From the NCBI GenBank assembly GCA_018897435.1, contig JAHIKI010000049.1, forward strand, positions 1-60,036: 60,036 nucleotides of DNA. The letters run 5' to 3'. The translations under genes and the position numbers were made by a program. Numbering within the stretch: position 1 is the stretch's first letter; the number at the start of each line of letters is the position of its first letter. Positions 59,673 to 60,036 of this stretch are shown here, one piece after another. This stretch comes from Acidobacteriota bacterium (GTDB lineage: Bacteria > Acidobacteriota > Aminicenantia > UBA2199). Under the pieces are notes generated by a model that saw nothing but the letters and a program-made list of their open reading frames with translations, ran no database searches and was not told the DNA's origin.

Positions 59673-60036
59673 AAATGAGTAAACGAGTTGACGAGTATAC
59701 GGGAAGACGAGAAAATGAGTAAACGAGTATACGAGAAGACGAGAAAATGAGTAAACGAGTATACGAGAAGACGAGAAAATGAGTAAACGAGTAGACGAGT
59801 ATACGGGTAAACGGGAAGCAGCAAAAGTTCGATCTATTGCGGTTTTCTCTTCCCTCGTCCACCCTTCCACTCGTACACCCGTTTACAAGCAAGCGTTTTC
59901 TCTTCCCTCGTCCACCCTTCCACTCGTACACCCGTTTACAAGCAAGCGGTTTCTCTTCCCTCGTCCACCCTTCCACTCGTACACCCGTTTACAAGCAAGC
60001 GGTTTCTCTTCCCTCGTCCACCCTTCCACTCGTACA
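59671..60036. repeat. hairpin element E18 with tandemly amplified arms, truncated by the window end
   Basis: The left side has about 4 tandem units of GAAAATGAGTAAACGAGTATACGAGAAGACGA (32-nt period in the middle copies). The loop CAGCAAAAGTTCGATCTATTGCGG is near-identical to the E17 loop. The right side repeats a 53-bp unit TTCTCTTCCCTCGTCCACCCTTCCACTCGTACACCCGTTTACAAGCAAGCG(G)T starting at 59845, 59898, 59951 and 60004. Confidence 0.85.

Noticed and set aside
59845-60036. Possible CRISPR array at the window end (regular 53-bp periodicity)
   Set aside because: The whole 53-bp unit repeats almost identically, so there are no unique spacers between conserved repeats. The unit is the right arm of a hairpin element, and no cas genes are present.
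52917-60036. Diversity-generating retroelement, because the 4HB proteins belong to the Avd family
   Set aside because: No reverse transcriptase gene and no template/variable repeat pair with adenine-specific differences are visible in the window.
1-60036. Transposase, integrase or recombinase that could mobilise the hairpin elements
   Set aside because: None of the tracked ORFs shows DDE, HUH/Y1, serine or tyrosine recombinase features that I can recognise. The mobility mechanism therefore remains unexplained rather than assigned.

Overview
This 60-kb chromosomal window comes from a diderm bacterium, probably anaerobic. Diderm markers are LpxC, a LolA-like protein, several beta-barrel OMPs and type IV pilus genes. 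Anaerobic markers are indolepyruvate:ferredoxin oxidoreductase, a split transketolase and a desulforedoxin-like protein. I cannot assign a lineage from sequence alone. I call about 67 protein genes and 2 tRNAs. They include pstCAB, an EPS-type glycosyltransferase pair, ftsEX, split tkt and a pilB-pilT-pilC-pilS-pilR block. They also include a receiver-LpxC fusion, nth, the rplM-rpsI-rpsB-tsf-pyrH-frr block, an ECF sigma/anti-sigma module, ptb-iorBA, a short UvrA, holB, cobB, a SpoIIE phosphatase and rnc. The last part holds a WbpA/WbpB-like sugar-nucleotide locus interrupted by two nucleotidyltransferase toxin-antitoxin-like pairs. The most unusual signal is non-genic. At least 18 intergenic loci carry long imperfect hairpins whose arms are built from 7-nt periodic units (GTGATGA, GGTAGAC, GGGTAGA, AAAGGCA, GGGAAGA, CCAAATT types). 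The two arms of a locus match each other, but arm sequence differs between loci. The elements occur nested inside one another, often overlap the stop codon of the upstream gene, and fill almost every intergenic gap from 49.6 to 60 kb. Three of them carry or flank paralogous four-helix-bundle genes (23S rRNA intervening-sequence protein / Avd family). One of these cassettes is bounded by a 10-11 bp direct repeat inside a hairpin loop. I propose a mobile or structure-selected hairpin family whose autonomous form carries the four-helix-bundle gene, resembling 23S IVS elements but located outside rRNA. Secondary observations are the REC-LpxC fusion, several consensus promoters placed for leaderless translation, a UvrA lacking the insertion domain, a Clp-like ATPase with a degenerate D2 Walker B, and a Lys-rich desulforedoxin-like mini-protein. 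Coordinates of non-ORF features were hand-indexed and may be off by 1-2 nt.
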